64,000 nt of DNA from Syncephalis fuscata S228 (taxonomy: Eukaryota > Fungi > Zoopagomycota), in assembly GCA_025786725.1 (NCBI GenBank), contig JAHLTZ010000011.1:1-64000 (forward strand), read 5' to 3'. A program made the translations under genes and the position numbers. A model generated the notes under the pieces. The model ran no database searches and had not been told where the DNA came from. It saw only the letters and a program-made list of their open reading frames with translations. Numbering within the stretch: the first letter of the stretch is position 1; every line of letters starts with the position of its first letter. Shown in pieces: positions 39,401 to 57,145 of the stretch.

Positions 39401-40754
39401 TTTCTAAATGCGTATCAAGTACAAGTGCATCCCATCGACTGCACTCAGCTGCCATCATATAAGCATGCGCCGTATCATTGCGTATACGCCACAGTATAGC
39501 AATAGTGGGTCGATCGCGCAACCAAGGACCACATGGCTGATCCATACTAAATAGTAGCATGGCTGCAGCTGCCCGTGTATCTTCTTGTGGCGAATACGAA
39601 GCTGATATGCACTGTTCTGGCGCCACGGTCGTTTGCCACGTATCGGCAGATGGACATGAACAGCGTAGAGCCATTGTGCTGCCCTGAGTGAGCGATACAC
39701 CTTCCATTTGGTTCTCAAGTACTACGGTAACGGCTGGCAATACACTGCCGTATTCAAGATGTGGCATATCAAAGATGGATTGTCGTGTGGCCATGGAACG
39801 TGCGGCCATACTACCAACTGAGCCTGTTTGCTGCTCCTTCACATCCATAACCATAACGGGTGCTGTGTCGTCGGGTGTCATATAGGCTGCCAGTACGAGA
39901 TTGTTTCGATGGCCAAATAGATTAGGCGGTGTACGCCGCATGGCTGTCGTACCTTGTGGACAGCAATCAAGCAATAATTGATCAGCAAATGTTTGCCATA
40001 CTTGCCAGTCAGGTACACTTGCCCCAACTGGTGTAATAGCCCATTCAGCCGTATAACATGGGCGATCACCCGAGGCTAGTGCCCAATGAACAAGTAAATA
40101 TAGTTCAAATCGATCTTCACGCGGTTTGGTCACAGGGGACTTTAGACTGCCGTTCATTGGCGATTCACCATGACCACTAGCGCCATCTTGGATTAAGCCA
40201 TGGCCACCGTTCATGGTTAAATCTTCTTGGATACTCGCCTCACCAATGGTGGTCAAGCTTTCTTGAGAACGAGTGGAGTAGGAAGGACGAGGCAGTTCAA
40301 CGCTAGTTGAATTGGAAGACGAATCGACTTTAATGCAATAAACACGGGCACTACAGTTACCCAGTGTAGGATCAACAGCGACCGAAGCAAAGGCACACAG
40401 CTCTTGTGGACTTATATGCCGATGGCTGCGATCATCCTCAAGCAGTTTGCCGCTCGTTTGATGCCAGCATAATAGTAAAGATTGCCGATTAAGTCGATTA
40501 GTAAGAGAGCATATCAATCCGTGTGCTCCTGCATCAGTAAGCGACTTCTTTAATAGTGTCACCTTATCGAATGATCCATTGGAGGCATTTGGATCCCTAT
40601 AAATAATAAATTAGTGTGTATCGGCTATTCATATTCATATTCATAATTACTCTGTATAATCGGTAAATGTCCGCTCACGTAACCAGCGTTTGCTTGTTTC
40701 ATTGGGATTTCGTAGCGAGGCACGATGCCAAAGCCGCTTAAGTTTTGTAGTCAT
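36497..40754 (-). CDS. Large multi-exon protein of unknown function made of about 5 repeats of a beta-rich domain
   Basis: ATG at 40754 (MTTKLKRLW..). ORFs 40562, 38915, 38209/37889 and 37189 are separated by canonical introns. A G-x-hydrophobic-[FM]-x-L...hydrophobic-W motif recurs. Confidence 0.7.
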
Positions 40755-42164
40755 TGGACACTAGTCCGTCGAGTTACTATGCTAGAATCAAAATAAAAGT
40801 GTTCCGTTTACAGACACGGAATATGAACGAAAACGCTATAGATGATGAATATAGTTGGAGAAATAGAAAGAACGATAAAGAAACAAGCCTGACATGCAGC
40901 ACCGAATTACATTCGCTATTTCGGTCAAATAGTACGTCGTGGCAGGCGAACAGACCTGTAATTATCAATACCATGCATTTTCTTTGTGTGTATGATATGC
41001 TGTACAACCATACGAGAAACTGTGTGATAGCCGAGCCCACACACAACGCAGTTGCTTGCCTATTGAGCCACTTCTTGATTATTCACTTGCACATCCATCG
41101 TCTATTCATATCACATGTGGCAATGAACAATAATAACTAGATTAATAAAAATACCACGCTTCCATTGCAGCCACCATTACAATACATTATCTGCAGCAGA
41201 ACCCTGGCACTTGATCATTAATAGATAGTGTTAACCGGTATGACGACCATGTGCTCATTGTTAGAACAATCGTTCCACGGATTGGTTGTTGCACTCTGTG
41301 TTAGCCGCCATTGTTTTTTGCAAAAGTGTTACTACTAGTCGCCTATTACAAGTATAACGTGGATATTGTTATATAAATACTTTTACAAGTGTATTTATGG
41401 CACAGCTACCGTTAATAGGTAAGATTTTATTGTTTATCCGTAGTGAATTAGTTCAGCGATTTGTCTATTATACCATACAATGACAGTCCTGGTGTGGTGT
41501 GTTATGTTAATAGTATAGTTTGGAATTACTTACCGCATCCCTTTGAATCAATTCTATGAACTGACGATAATGCCATGCAGCAACAGTCACAGCTGTGCTG
41601 GTATTATAGGTTGAAATCATTTTCAACGCCCTTTTGAATATGACTGTAGTTACATCGTATGACGTAATGTATATCTAATTTACAACTACATCTTTAATAT
41701 CAATAAATTAAAATGAAATAATATTAAATTAAGTACGCTATCTAAATTAAATTATGTCTTTGGTAATAATCATAAAACTATTGTTTTTTGGTCAAGAATA
41801 ATAATAATATGGCAAGAGTTTTGTTAATGATATAAATAGAAATAGAACATTATTATTGTGGTAAATAGAATAGATAGTTTTAAAGAAATAAGCAGATTAA
41901 ACAAGCGAAATGATAAAAAGGAAGCAGAAGATAAACAGAGCTAGAAACATAAGTTAACAATAAAAAATAATTGATTAAAAAAGTAAAAAAGTGGACTAAA
42001 AGCGAGTGCAAATAATAAATAGCGATTTAAACATAAATTAATTAATTGATAAGTTGATTATTCAAGTCATTATGCTCAACTTTTGTAAAAAAATTGTTTA
42101 TCATCTCGATTGCATTTGAAAAAGATAATTGAGCTCTTTGCCTCCCAGAAATCTTTCTACATTT

Positions 42165-42489
42165 TACAAAAAAACAATCATTGGCTTTAACAATGATAAC
42201 TTGGTGCGTTTATAAAAAACAAGTTATCTACTTCTACACGACAAATCACCAAAGTTATCAAGCGAATAGTCAATAATTCTGATAGTTCTATTGAATTTAT
42301 TTATGTTAATGAGTTTAGAACAAGTCAAGTTTGTAACAAGTGTAAAAAACACTGGAGGACATGGAGGCTATTGGATTAAAGCGCAATATACATGCTGTAC
42401 TCAAATGCCAATTTTGTGATAAAACATGGAAGCTTGATGTGATGGCAGCCAAACATATACACTATGTTTTTGCACAAGTCAAAAAATAG
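42165..42489 (+). pseudogene. Decayed Fanzor remnant, copy 3 (different subfamily)
   Basis: KKTIIGFN../FIKNKLSTSTRQITKVIK..IEFIYVNEFRTSQVCNKCK/..RNIHAVLKCQFCDKTWKLDVMAAKHIHYVF: RuvC-II, an intact CxxC..CxxC zinc finger and RuvC-III. Confidence 0.85.
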
Positions 42490-42892
42490 TAATAAAATTT
42501 TGATTGAATCAGACGTGAAGATGGTCAATCATCAATTTCTTCACAGTAATGCAAACGATATAACTTGTTTACATATCTTTGGATAACTCCAGTAAATATA
42601 TGCAAATTATCATATTAAATGCTTTGACTAGCGTATTCTTTTTATTGACTACGTTGTTTTTTATAAAGCCTATGTTGTGATTTAACTATACTAAATGACA
42701 TTTATAATAGCAATAAATGTTATTATTTAATAACAATTAATCGATATTAGAAATAGTGCACAGTTGTAATAAGTAAACCGTAACATGTCATGGCTTTATT
42801 TAAGCAATCGCTGGTTATTTGTAAGACTCGTTATTTATTCTCTGGGCCCAATGCTATAGTACTGATTGTGATTGTAAAGTAGTCTATTGATC

Positions 42893-43970
42893 CTAATCCC
42901 AGCCTCTTGTATCTGGTTTGCCAAGATTATAAGAAAGTTCTTCCCAGTACCTTCCTCCTTTTAAAGAATTACGCAGTTCTATCGCTATCGCTGCTTTTAC
43001 ATTTTCACTAACAAGACGAAGACTAGCATTTAGAGCAAACTCATTCATTTCATCAATTCTAGTTGTTTCCTCAAATTCATCAACAATAACTTTTCCTTGT
43101 CCTACTGGAATAGCCTTACTGAGGTTAATGAAGTATGGGTTAAATCCATATTTGTCCTCATTAATGCAAATATCTAGCGATATTGTTAGTATAAACATCA
43201 GTGATAAACACCATGCTTACCTTCAAAATTCATGTGGGCATACCATCCCAATTCTTCTAAAGCATTTAGACCTAACAATAGATTAACATATAGTATATAA
43301 GCACTAAAAACTCGTACCACTTCCAATATTTCCCCATAAACTTTGTACTTTTCTCACACCATCACGACTAATTTAGGTTAGAACAATATTTCTTATGCGC
43401 AATTAACATTGTTGACATACCTACTAAATACTTGAGCAAATCCTTATATCTTTTTTTACATTGGCCTTGTAGAACATAGCATGTATTTCCTGGGATCATG
43501 ATCTTTCCTGTAGGCACAGCAATCGGAGGGTTTCGTTTATCAAACGGTTTGTAAGTTTCCATTAAATCCTATTGATAGCGATACTTGTTAGTTATTGCAT
43601 ATCCATTGTTATATAGAACCGACCTGATATACTTTAAGAGCATGACTTTTGGGATTTGAATTTAGTCCACATGCAAGTGTAATAGGCTGCTTATTTTGCG
43701 TTGCTTTGGTATAGTATATGCCATTAGATTCGTTTGGCGTGCCGGTAAACTGGATACCATGTGTGCTAAATAAGCTTTTTACATAGTCTTGCTTGGTTTT
43801 TATTAATTCTATATGAATAGTAACATTAGTAAATGACACGAGTGGCTTGGGATAGATACTTGCCACCGAAGCTGGCTGATTTGGTATGCCATTGACAGGC
43901 GTGGCTTTAGTAACCGATACTAGCATAAGCGTAGCAGCAGTAATAGTAAGAATGGATTTATCGTAAACAT
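42893..43970 (-). CDS. Secreted pseudokinase-like protein (multi-exon; frameshift just after the ATG)
   Basis: Signal-like SILTITAATLMLVSVTKA-TP; PITLACG; GNTCYVLQGQCK; GLNALEELGWYAHMNFEDICINED; PYFINLSKA in place of HxDxxxxN and DFG. Confidence 0.65.
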
Positions 43971-45273
43971 CGCTATGTCAAGGCCCAGTCGTCGAATAAA
44001 AAGCTGTACTTTCTATGAGTTTAGTACGTGAGGGAAGAGTATGATGTGATGATTAGACAAATAAGCATGCTAAGAAATGAAGTATTTATAGTAAAATAGA
44101 TCATGCAATAGTCGATGTATTTACTATGAGACGGGCGAATATGGAATGCATACTTCGGAGTAAGAAACATGGAAGAGCGCATGGAAATAAACAGCAAGTA
44201 ACAACCTCCGTTATTCAAATACGGAATTTGAAATGCAAATGTTTTAAAGTTGCATTGTTATTTCTACATATATGTATGTATGTATATATTGAGCAACACG
44301 ATGGAAAAACGTAACTCATTATGGTAATTACATTTTTGTATGACTCCTACGTTTCAAGTTCTAATATCAAAGGAAATCACAAATTTATCTGTAAACGCTG
44401 TGAGTTGAGTATTACTGTTTTGTGAATACCAATTAGAACACAATACTGTAGATTAAAGCACAGATGTCTAGTAATATACATTGCAAGCAACCAGCAATTT
44501 AATGACTATTTGAAACAGAATAATCGCTAAAGACTACTGCGTACTTCAATACACTCAATCATTTATACCATTTGTTAACATATATTTATTTTCAACAGCT
44601 AATGAGCATTTAAAACCATGTGACTAATAGTAAATAAATAGCAATAATTATTGCTCTACTATAAGCTGTGTTTTATTATTATTATCACTTCTTTCGTATA
44701 CTGTTTATTTTTCAATCAACATCATGTAACACTAACATATACACGAGATTGTTATTATCTTGTTAACAATATAATAATATAAATCGATACTATCATGATA
44801 GATAGAATAACGATATGCATATGATGATTGCATAATAGTGTTTATTACTATTATGGCACCATTGTATCACTTTACTGGATGTCACAATAATTACATAGTA
44901 TACTGACTTATAATGGAATGGAAAGAATGACAGTGTAAACACTATTAATTATTTTCTTAATGCTTTTAAAATAATATTAGTATTGCGAGTAAAACAGCAG
45001 CCGGCTTTGAATAGTTAAATTCGCTATAAATTATAATTGTTTAAATCATTATTAGCCATTAAGTATTAATTGTATATTGTATTATATACAAATTGCTATA
45101 AATAATAAATGAGATTACAAGACATGATAAAGGGGAAGCAGAAGGTAAACAGAACTAGAAACCTAAGTTTTATACGATGATATGATTTGTATGATCTATT
45201 TTTTACATCAATTTGAGCAATAATTAATAAAGCTCTTTTCTCTTGTTTTTTACAACTTTGCCATTACTATTAA

Positions 45274-48496
<3,223 letters not shown>

Positions 48497-48693
48497 TAAA
48501 CTAAACCTTTATGATACAACATAATAATTATATTTAACTGAAAAAAGTAAAAGTGAGGCAACTATATTAATTAAATAATTGCAGCTTTTAAATATAATGC
48601 AGTTTATTGGTTTAGAAATCATATTGTAAATTTCAATAAAAACAATTACATGAAAATAAATTATATATCGCGGCATATTCAGTTATACGTTGT

Positions 48694-49859
48694 TCAGTTA
48701 GTAGGATTATGGTTTGGTCTTCGAGGATAAACGGTAGAAACTCCTCACCATCGCTATTCCATAGTGCATTGTCTTGATTATCAATATCAACTGTTCTATC
48801 GAGTAAAGTATCATCAGAATGCTGGCCGTATGGTCGCGGATGTTGATAAGAAGGTGGATTAATGGTCGGTATTGCTAGATGTTTGTATTCAGTTTTAACA
48901 TACTCTATTCATCCTCGACCCTCAAACCAGGCTCAATTCTTCGACGAATATCGTTAAACTGGTCCACAATTCATTGCTTGCTTCTTTAATTTCAGCATCG
49001 CTTATCCTTTCATCAGGAAAAAAGGCGGACCCTTGATAGGCCGTGCAGTGGAAATGGATGGAAATGTTATGCGGTTTTCTGTAACACATGCAACTAATAC
49101 CTGTATAAATATATTTACTAATATATGTATTTGATCATTTAACCCACCGTATCCAATATTGAAACCAATCGTCCATTTTTTTGCTTTTGCATTGTTTATA
49201 ACTGTTCAATCAACTATTAGGAAAAATTACCATAGTTGTTATATACTTGCCTTTTATAAGATCTGAAAATCTAGACTCGGCCAATTCTCGTGAGACAGAT
49301 GAATGAGCGATATACTGATGAAATCGTTTATTACAAGCCGGCTTAACAATCATGTAACAAACATAACCAGGTATATAAGAAAACTTTTTGATAATAGAAT
49401 AAAAAGGGTTTGGCCGAGAATTTGGTGTATAAATATCGTAATCTCCAGAATACATATCCTATAAGTGTGGTTATTACTTCGACAAATCAAAGTGATAACG
49501 AGTCTACATACATGGTAAAATCTAAATGGTAAACATCTAGTTTGGCTATTTCCGCATACTACTTTGGCTTTATGTTTATCGCTTTCCTTTGTAAAGTATT
49601 TGTTCTCCATAAAATATGCACCTTCTTTTTTATTGCATTTGAATCAATAATAAAACCATTGATATTAAATGCATCAGGCTAACCTAATTTATATTTAAAA
49701 ATAGGATCCACTATTACAATAAAATTAGTATTATACTGTGGGTAGATTTACCAAGAGCTTACCTTTTTTATCAGATGGACCTGGTGATGCCAAAGCACTT
49801 TAACCAGCTAATAGCAGTACAGATAATGCTAAAAGATACTTGATTTCAAATAGCATCAT
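48694..49859 (-). pseudogene. Pseudogenised inverted paralogue of the secreted gene at 33022-34181
   Basis: Same exon structure, promoter and 3'UTR. In-frame stops (LAG*SALASP, KLG*PDAF) sit where the paralogue has Gln, and there are further indels. Confidence 0.82.
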
Positions 49860-52834
49860 TGAGGTTTTGTCTAATGTCTGTATTTCAACTTTATAAAATA
49901 TCGTAGTTGTAACAATAAAAATAGATAAGCATAAAATGATTGTGCGTGTAAAGTAAATAATATATAAATTGTTCAATTATTTATAGCAATTTCAATACAA
50001 AGCAATTGTTGCAGGCTGTATTGTTCAAGCAAAAAAATAATTTGTTTTAATGTTGGCCATCATGGGAGTAAAACAAAAAATATTAAGCAGTAATTCAAAA
50101 TGGAAATTAATAATCGTGCATTCTAATTAAAGTGCTAATTTAAATTAAAATGCCGCTTTTTATTTGAATTATAGCTAATTTATCACGTTGATGGTGATAC
50201 AATATAATAATAATAAAAATCGCTTATCAAAAAAAGAATAATTGGGTAGTAATAAAAAACTTGTCTTTTATTTAAATTTCTATTTATTTATGGTTTATTT
50301 CTTAGCTACATTATCATAAAAATACCATCATAATATTGGAGTCGTAACACTATATAATTAAATAGCCTGTTAAGGCCATGTAATGGTCGCAGGAATAATA
50401 CACATATTGAGTAGCAGCATTAATTACTAATAATAAACAATTATAAAAATATGTGATCAGTAACTACTTTTTTATTGTAGCCATATAAACGGTTGCATTA
50501 GCTAATACGTTGCATTGCTGATGAGATGTTACAAAGCATCTAAATTCAATTATTATCATGCTTATTATAAATGACAGCTTTATTTAATATAATAAATTGA
50601 TAATTAGCCTCTATTCCAATCTTATTTCTACTTGATGCAATACAAATTATTTAGTTTATTATAGCTGAGCCGTGTAACCAATGGCCAGTAGGTAATATAT
50701 TTATTGCCAAACAACATTAACCAAGCAGCAAATTGTATTATGAGCTGTAAGGCAAGATTTAGCAATTATTTAATTAATAAAATGTTGCCAATATTATGTA
50801 TGAAATTACGTATAATGAAACAAACTGTGTGATATTTTGCATAGGTGTGTGTATAGTATATAAATAGTTTTTGGTAATATATAGCGTTATTGTGTTGCGT
50901 AATATTGTATTAGTTGCAATACTGTGCTAGTAAATGTACAAAAATAACAGTCTTTTACAAACTATGGCTTGTGTAAGCAAAATACAATAAAATGATTACC
51001 AGATTCAATTCTCCATGCTTAGCTAATCAGATTGGTATAATTTATAAAACAACGATTTTTGCATAAAAAATAGTAAAAAGTGCGATTTACATGCCATTAG
51101 TTAACGAAAAGTGATTTAATTTCATAATTTTAAAACTTTAATATTAAAGTTGATCTGGACTAAAGCAAATTCGAAATGTTTGTAGTACTAAAACAAGAAT
51201 AGTAGTAATTTAGTATGTGGAAATATTGATGTACAGTGGCAATTTATGCTATTGATATATATATAGCTTATATTCTATTAATAACTATACCTAATTTGCA
51301 TTTTTGATTGACGTTTTTTGCAAAAATTGTTGTTTTAAATTTATACCAATTGGTATAACTAAGCATGGAAAACTCGAATCTGGTAATCATTTGTTGCATT
51401 TTAACTATACAGACCATGAATGGTAAAAAACTGCTATTTTGTACATTTATTAGTGTATTATCACAACTATTGCACCACTACGCAACACAGCAGCGGTGTG
51501 TATTACCAAAAGCTATCTATATGACATATGAATACTTGTGGAAAATATCATACAATTTGCTTTATTTTACATAGAATTATAATAATATTGGCAATGTTTT
51601 ATTAATTAAATTGTTATTATTATTTAACATTCATTGTTTTTTACCATTTAGTTACGTTGAGATTGTCCACTTAATGCTACTGCATACTATTATAGTATTG
51701 GACAATATTTTTAAATTTAGATTTGTAAAAAAACGTTTTATCTTTATTTCAAAATATCATAACTAAACATTTTTCAGCAAGCATAGCTATCAGTAATAAA
51801 AATAATATATTTTACAATGATTGCATATTTATGGCAATGTGAGAAAGAACTATATTACATGGTTAGACAATCAAAATATATTTGTTGAATATCAGTACTA
51901 ATTACCAAAAATAAACAGCTATTACAAAGATATATAAACAATTACTTGTTAGCTGTAGACATATTAACGGTCTAACAAACGGATAGAGCTGCGGTAATGA
52001 TACACAAGACAAAGCATTAAGTTTTGTTGTTAGCTATGTATACTATATATCCATAGTTCTATTACATATTAGTAAGGGGAACAATAGCTTCTAGTTTATT
52101 CTATTTTTTAGTGTCATACAAGTTATTCGGCTTGTTATAGTTAAACCTGTTATAATCAATGGTCAATAAAAAATAAGAGTATTATCAAAGCAATACTACT
52201 CGATCAACACATTATGTTTCGAGTGTTAATATAAGCGTTAATAAGCATCAGAAACTAATGTTGTAGAATAATGTCAAGATAAGATGCTGCTTGATTATTT
52301 AAATTGCAATTTCTTTAGTTAAATTTTAACAATATAATATTTAATTATATAACAAGCGATGTTATTGGTATACTTTTATTTCTGTTGTACATATAGTTGC
52401 ATATTACATTTCTTTTTAAAGAATAGAATAGTCGTATTAATATACTGGCTTGTAATTAAAAAATAGAACAGTGCACTGGAAATTATAACATGCAATAAAC
52501 ATATTTTATTTAAAATAATAGGTACACAGATTGAAATAAAAAGAAAACAATTTTTTAAATGCTAGTTAATGGCCGCATTTTTAATATAAATTAAAGCAAC
52601 ATAATGTCGATTTAAGTAAGTAATTTACATTAAGCTGTATCTTAGGTAATGATTATAGCAAAACACAACATTTAATTAGTTGTCTCTCTATTTTCTAATA
52701 AATTTGTGTTTTTAAGTCGATAACAGTTCTTTGTTTTATTGCATCATTACTAAAACAAAGCATAATAGCATAGCTGGCATCATAATTTATATCGTTATTT
52801 ACGCGTTATTTGGATAGTTAGATATATGATAACA

Positions 52835-54020
52835 TTAATAAAGTTGATTGTACACCAATCTGTTGGCAGTGCCTTGAGTGGGATTGGTAATGGCATTTTT
52901 CGTGGAATAGTTAATCAAATCAGCATAAAGAGCATCGACGCTCCAGTAGTTTTTGGACCCCATGTATAAAGCTGCAACACCAGCAACATGAGGCGAGGCC
53001 ATGGATGTGCCGGAGATTGTATTTGTTGCCGTATTGCTACCTTTCCATGTAGACTTGATATCCACGCCGGGAGCATAGACATCAACACAGCGTCCATAGC
53101 AAGAAAATGTGGCTTGCCTGTTATTGATGTCGCTAGCAGCAACCGAAAATCCCCTTGAAGCGCCAGAAGGCGAATAATTCAAGAGTCGGTTGCTGAGTTT
53201 CCTGCAGCGACTACAACAGCGACACCTGCATTGACAGCTGCATTGACAGCGTCGTCAACAGCACGAGATTTGCCTCCGCTCAACGACATATTGATCACAG
53301 ATTTGTAGCGACGGGCATATCTAGTGGCGTATTGGATTCCGGCAATAACACCGGCATTACTGCCAGAGCCACTTCCACTAAGTACTTTAACACCAAAAAT
53401 CTTTGCTTTTTTGGCTAAACCGTAGGTAGTTCCGGCTGTAGTTCCGGCAACATGGGTACCATGACCGTTTAAATCAATGGCCGGCTCGCCATCAATAAAG
53501 CTTTTGACCATTTTAGCACGGCCACCAAAGTCTTTATGTTCGGCATAAACGCCGGTATCGATGACCCAGATCTCCGTGCCGGCACCGGCAGAGTTGGGAT
53601 AGTTATACGCCTGCCCGACGCCACTACGACGATTAGATACTCGAGGAAGGCCCCAACTTGGCGGATTATTCTGAATAGCGGCAATTCGCATAATCTGCTG
53701 TGGCTCGACGTATTCTACGCGCTCGTCGTCTTGCAGACGCTTCAATTGTTCACTTGTGAGCTTGCTGGCGAAGCCTTGAAAGTTTTCAGTTTCGTAGGTT
53801 ATTGAACCTTTTGACGTGAAGGCATCAGTCCATTTCCTTGAGCAGAAAATTGCGCCAGCTGATTACCAGGACGCAACTTGATGATGTAAGCGTCTTGAAC
53901 CGCAGCTGTTGATAATGTTGAGTTGGCTGCAAAAGTATCGCCCGTCTCGATTGAACCATTGACATTGGAAGCAAAGGCCAGCACCACGGAAACAGCACAG
54001 AGTGAAAAAATGGACTTCAT
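52835..54020 (-). CDS. Secreted subtilisin (S8A, proteinase K-like) with I9 propeptide; apparent frameshifts near 53800, 53760 and 53180
   Basis: Signal peptide MKSIFSLCAVSVVLAFASNVNG, YIIKL propeptide, catalytic VIDTG, HGTHVAG and GTSMASPHVAG, and AAGN. No introns seen. Confidence 0.92.
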
Positions 54021-55804
54021 GATAAGTTGAAATTTCGTAACAGAGCTTAGTAAAGTAACAAGCAGAGTAGCGGATGTTGATCGTAATTTGCTAGTTAACA
54101 ATGGATTGGATGAAGCGTTAGGTGAGTATGACTAAGTAGAATGTGCAGTTAACTCTCTTGTTATTTATATATGTTCTAAATTTCAAGCTCCCTTGCAAGG
54201 CCAATATGCAATCTGGCAATAAATCCACGCTTATTGGTCTACCAATGGCTACCATAGAACAGCAGCGTGATTTCTTCATTGATTGTTGCCTGTAATTGAA
54301 CACAATATCAGCTGCTATGGCATATGACACATTTTGCTATGATCACAGTCCGCTGGCAAAAGGACAGTTCATAGACTCTAATGTAAACCATAGAGTCGGA
54401 TTGACGCTACCTGTATAGGAAGTGTAGATTACCAGATACAAATAGATATAGAATGTTCTATAAAATACAAATGTGTCACGGGAACTGACAATTAACAGAC
54501 TCGAGAATGGACTATTCACCCGTATTACATTTAGTTTGAATTGTATTACTGAAGGAGATGTCAATAGACGAAAACAATGAAATGTTTTAGATAAATTACA
54601 TGGCTGATAATAGACTGCAACGCACTGCAGATAGATGGTCTTATGACAACAGAGTTTATGAAAACTATGAATAGTAATGCTGTTGTATTACAATGGTGGC
54701 ACCTTCGTTGTTAGACATGGGCCGGCGATAAGAAATATGTCATATAATTAAATGATATTTAAAATTAGGTGCGCATTTTAATATAAAAACAATAAAACAC
54801 TATTAAAAACAATATATAAAATTAAAATACTGATAATTCAATAATTCTAATAACACGACTTTTTGTTAAATAGCAAGTAAAGAATATACTTTCGGCAATT
54901 GAATGTAGGTTTCGTATTATACATATTGCAACGCTAAACAATGATATGCACATTGTTGATCACGTTTGTCTTTTTTGTTCTGCTTTAACGCTCACTATGC
55001 CAAGAATTTATTGTGTGGACATTGAAGAAAGCGTCGAAAGCCTTTGAAATGTTTATTACGTCAGAAATTAATTTTACACCACTGTTGTTTAAAAAGAGCT
55101 TTTATTTGTTTGTGCTTAATAATTGCAATTAAAATATTAATTAAATTGTATTTTATTAGTAAAGTATTAATAATTGTTGTATTAAGCTGCTTTTTTGTTG
55201 CTCTTTTAAAATATTAAAGTATAGAAAATGCTTTAAATAGTGTCACGCACAACATGTACCACTATACATAATAGCCGTAATTATCGTGCATGCAGCTACC
55301 GAGCATTTGTTATCAATAGCCTGCATCAAATCTTAATCGATGTGCGTACAGTGAGATTACCAAATATTACGTGAGGTCATGCGACATTTTAATGTAAAAG
55401 CTTGCCTTTGAGATGCATGAGAATTGGTTGAATCATAATGTAGTCATAGTTTAAAGCATCCATACTATGTGGTCACATGCTTTACAATAAAAATCTATGA
55501 ATATAATTTAATGTAAAAGGCTGACTCTTTATTACAAAGCGTTTATGCTACCTTTACTACTACTACTACAAAGCCTGATCTAAAAATATTTATTGTTCAA
55601 CGATAACATCAAGCAATGCTATACTTTTCATTAATATTTCATACCAATATAAAACTTTTATTTTATTAAATAAAGCAATATTACTTTTAAATGTCGTATT
55701 AAACAGCGTAATAAATATAGTCATATATTGTCAATAGTACACTTTAACACCGCTGCTTAATTATTAATCGCTAATCAAAACTTAATCAACATATTGTAAT
55801 AACT

Positions 55805-55835
55805 ATGATTATCATGATTATCATGATTATCATTA
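55805..55835. repeat. Short tandem repeat (ATGATTATC) x ~3.5
   Basis: ATGATTATCATGATTATCATGATTATCATTA is visible downstream of TRR1. Confidence 0.8.
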
Positions 55836-55920
55836 TACGACGTAATCAGCGTAGATTAATAAAAATCAAACTATTTATTGTTTATAGTCGAGATATTTCA
55901 CGACGTTTTTCATAACTGAG

Positions 55921-57145
<1,225 letters not shown>

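Noticed and set aside
50200-52800. Long AT-rich gene-free interval
   Set aside because: No repeat, RNA gene or credible ORF could be seen by eye.
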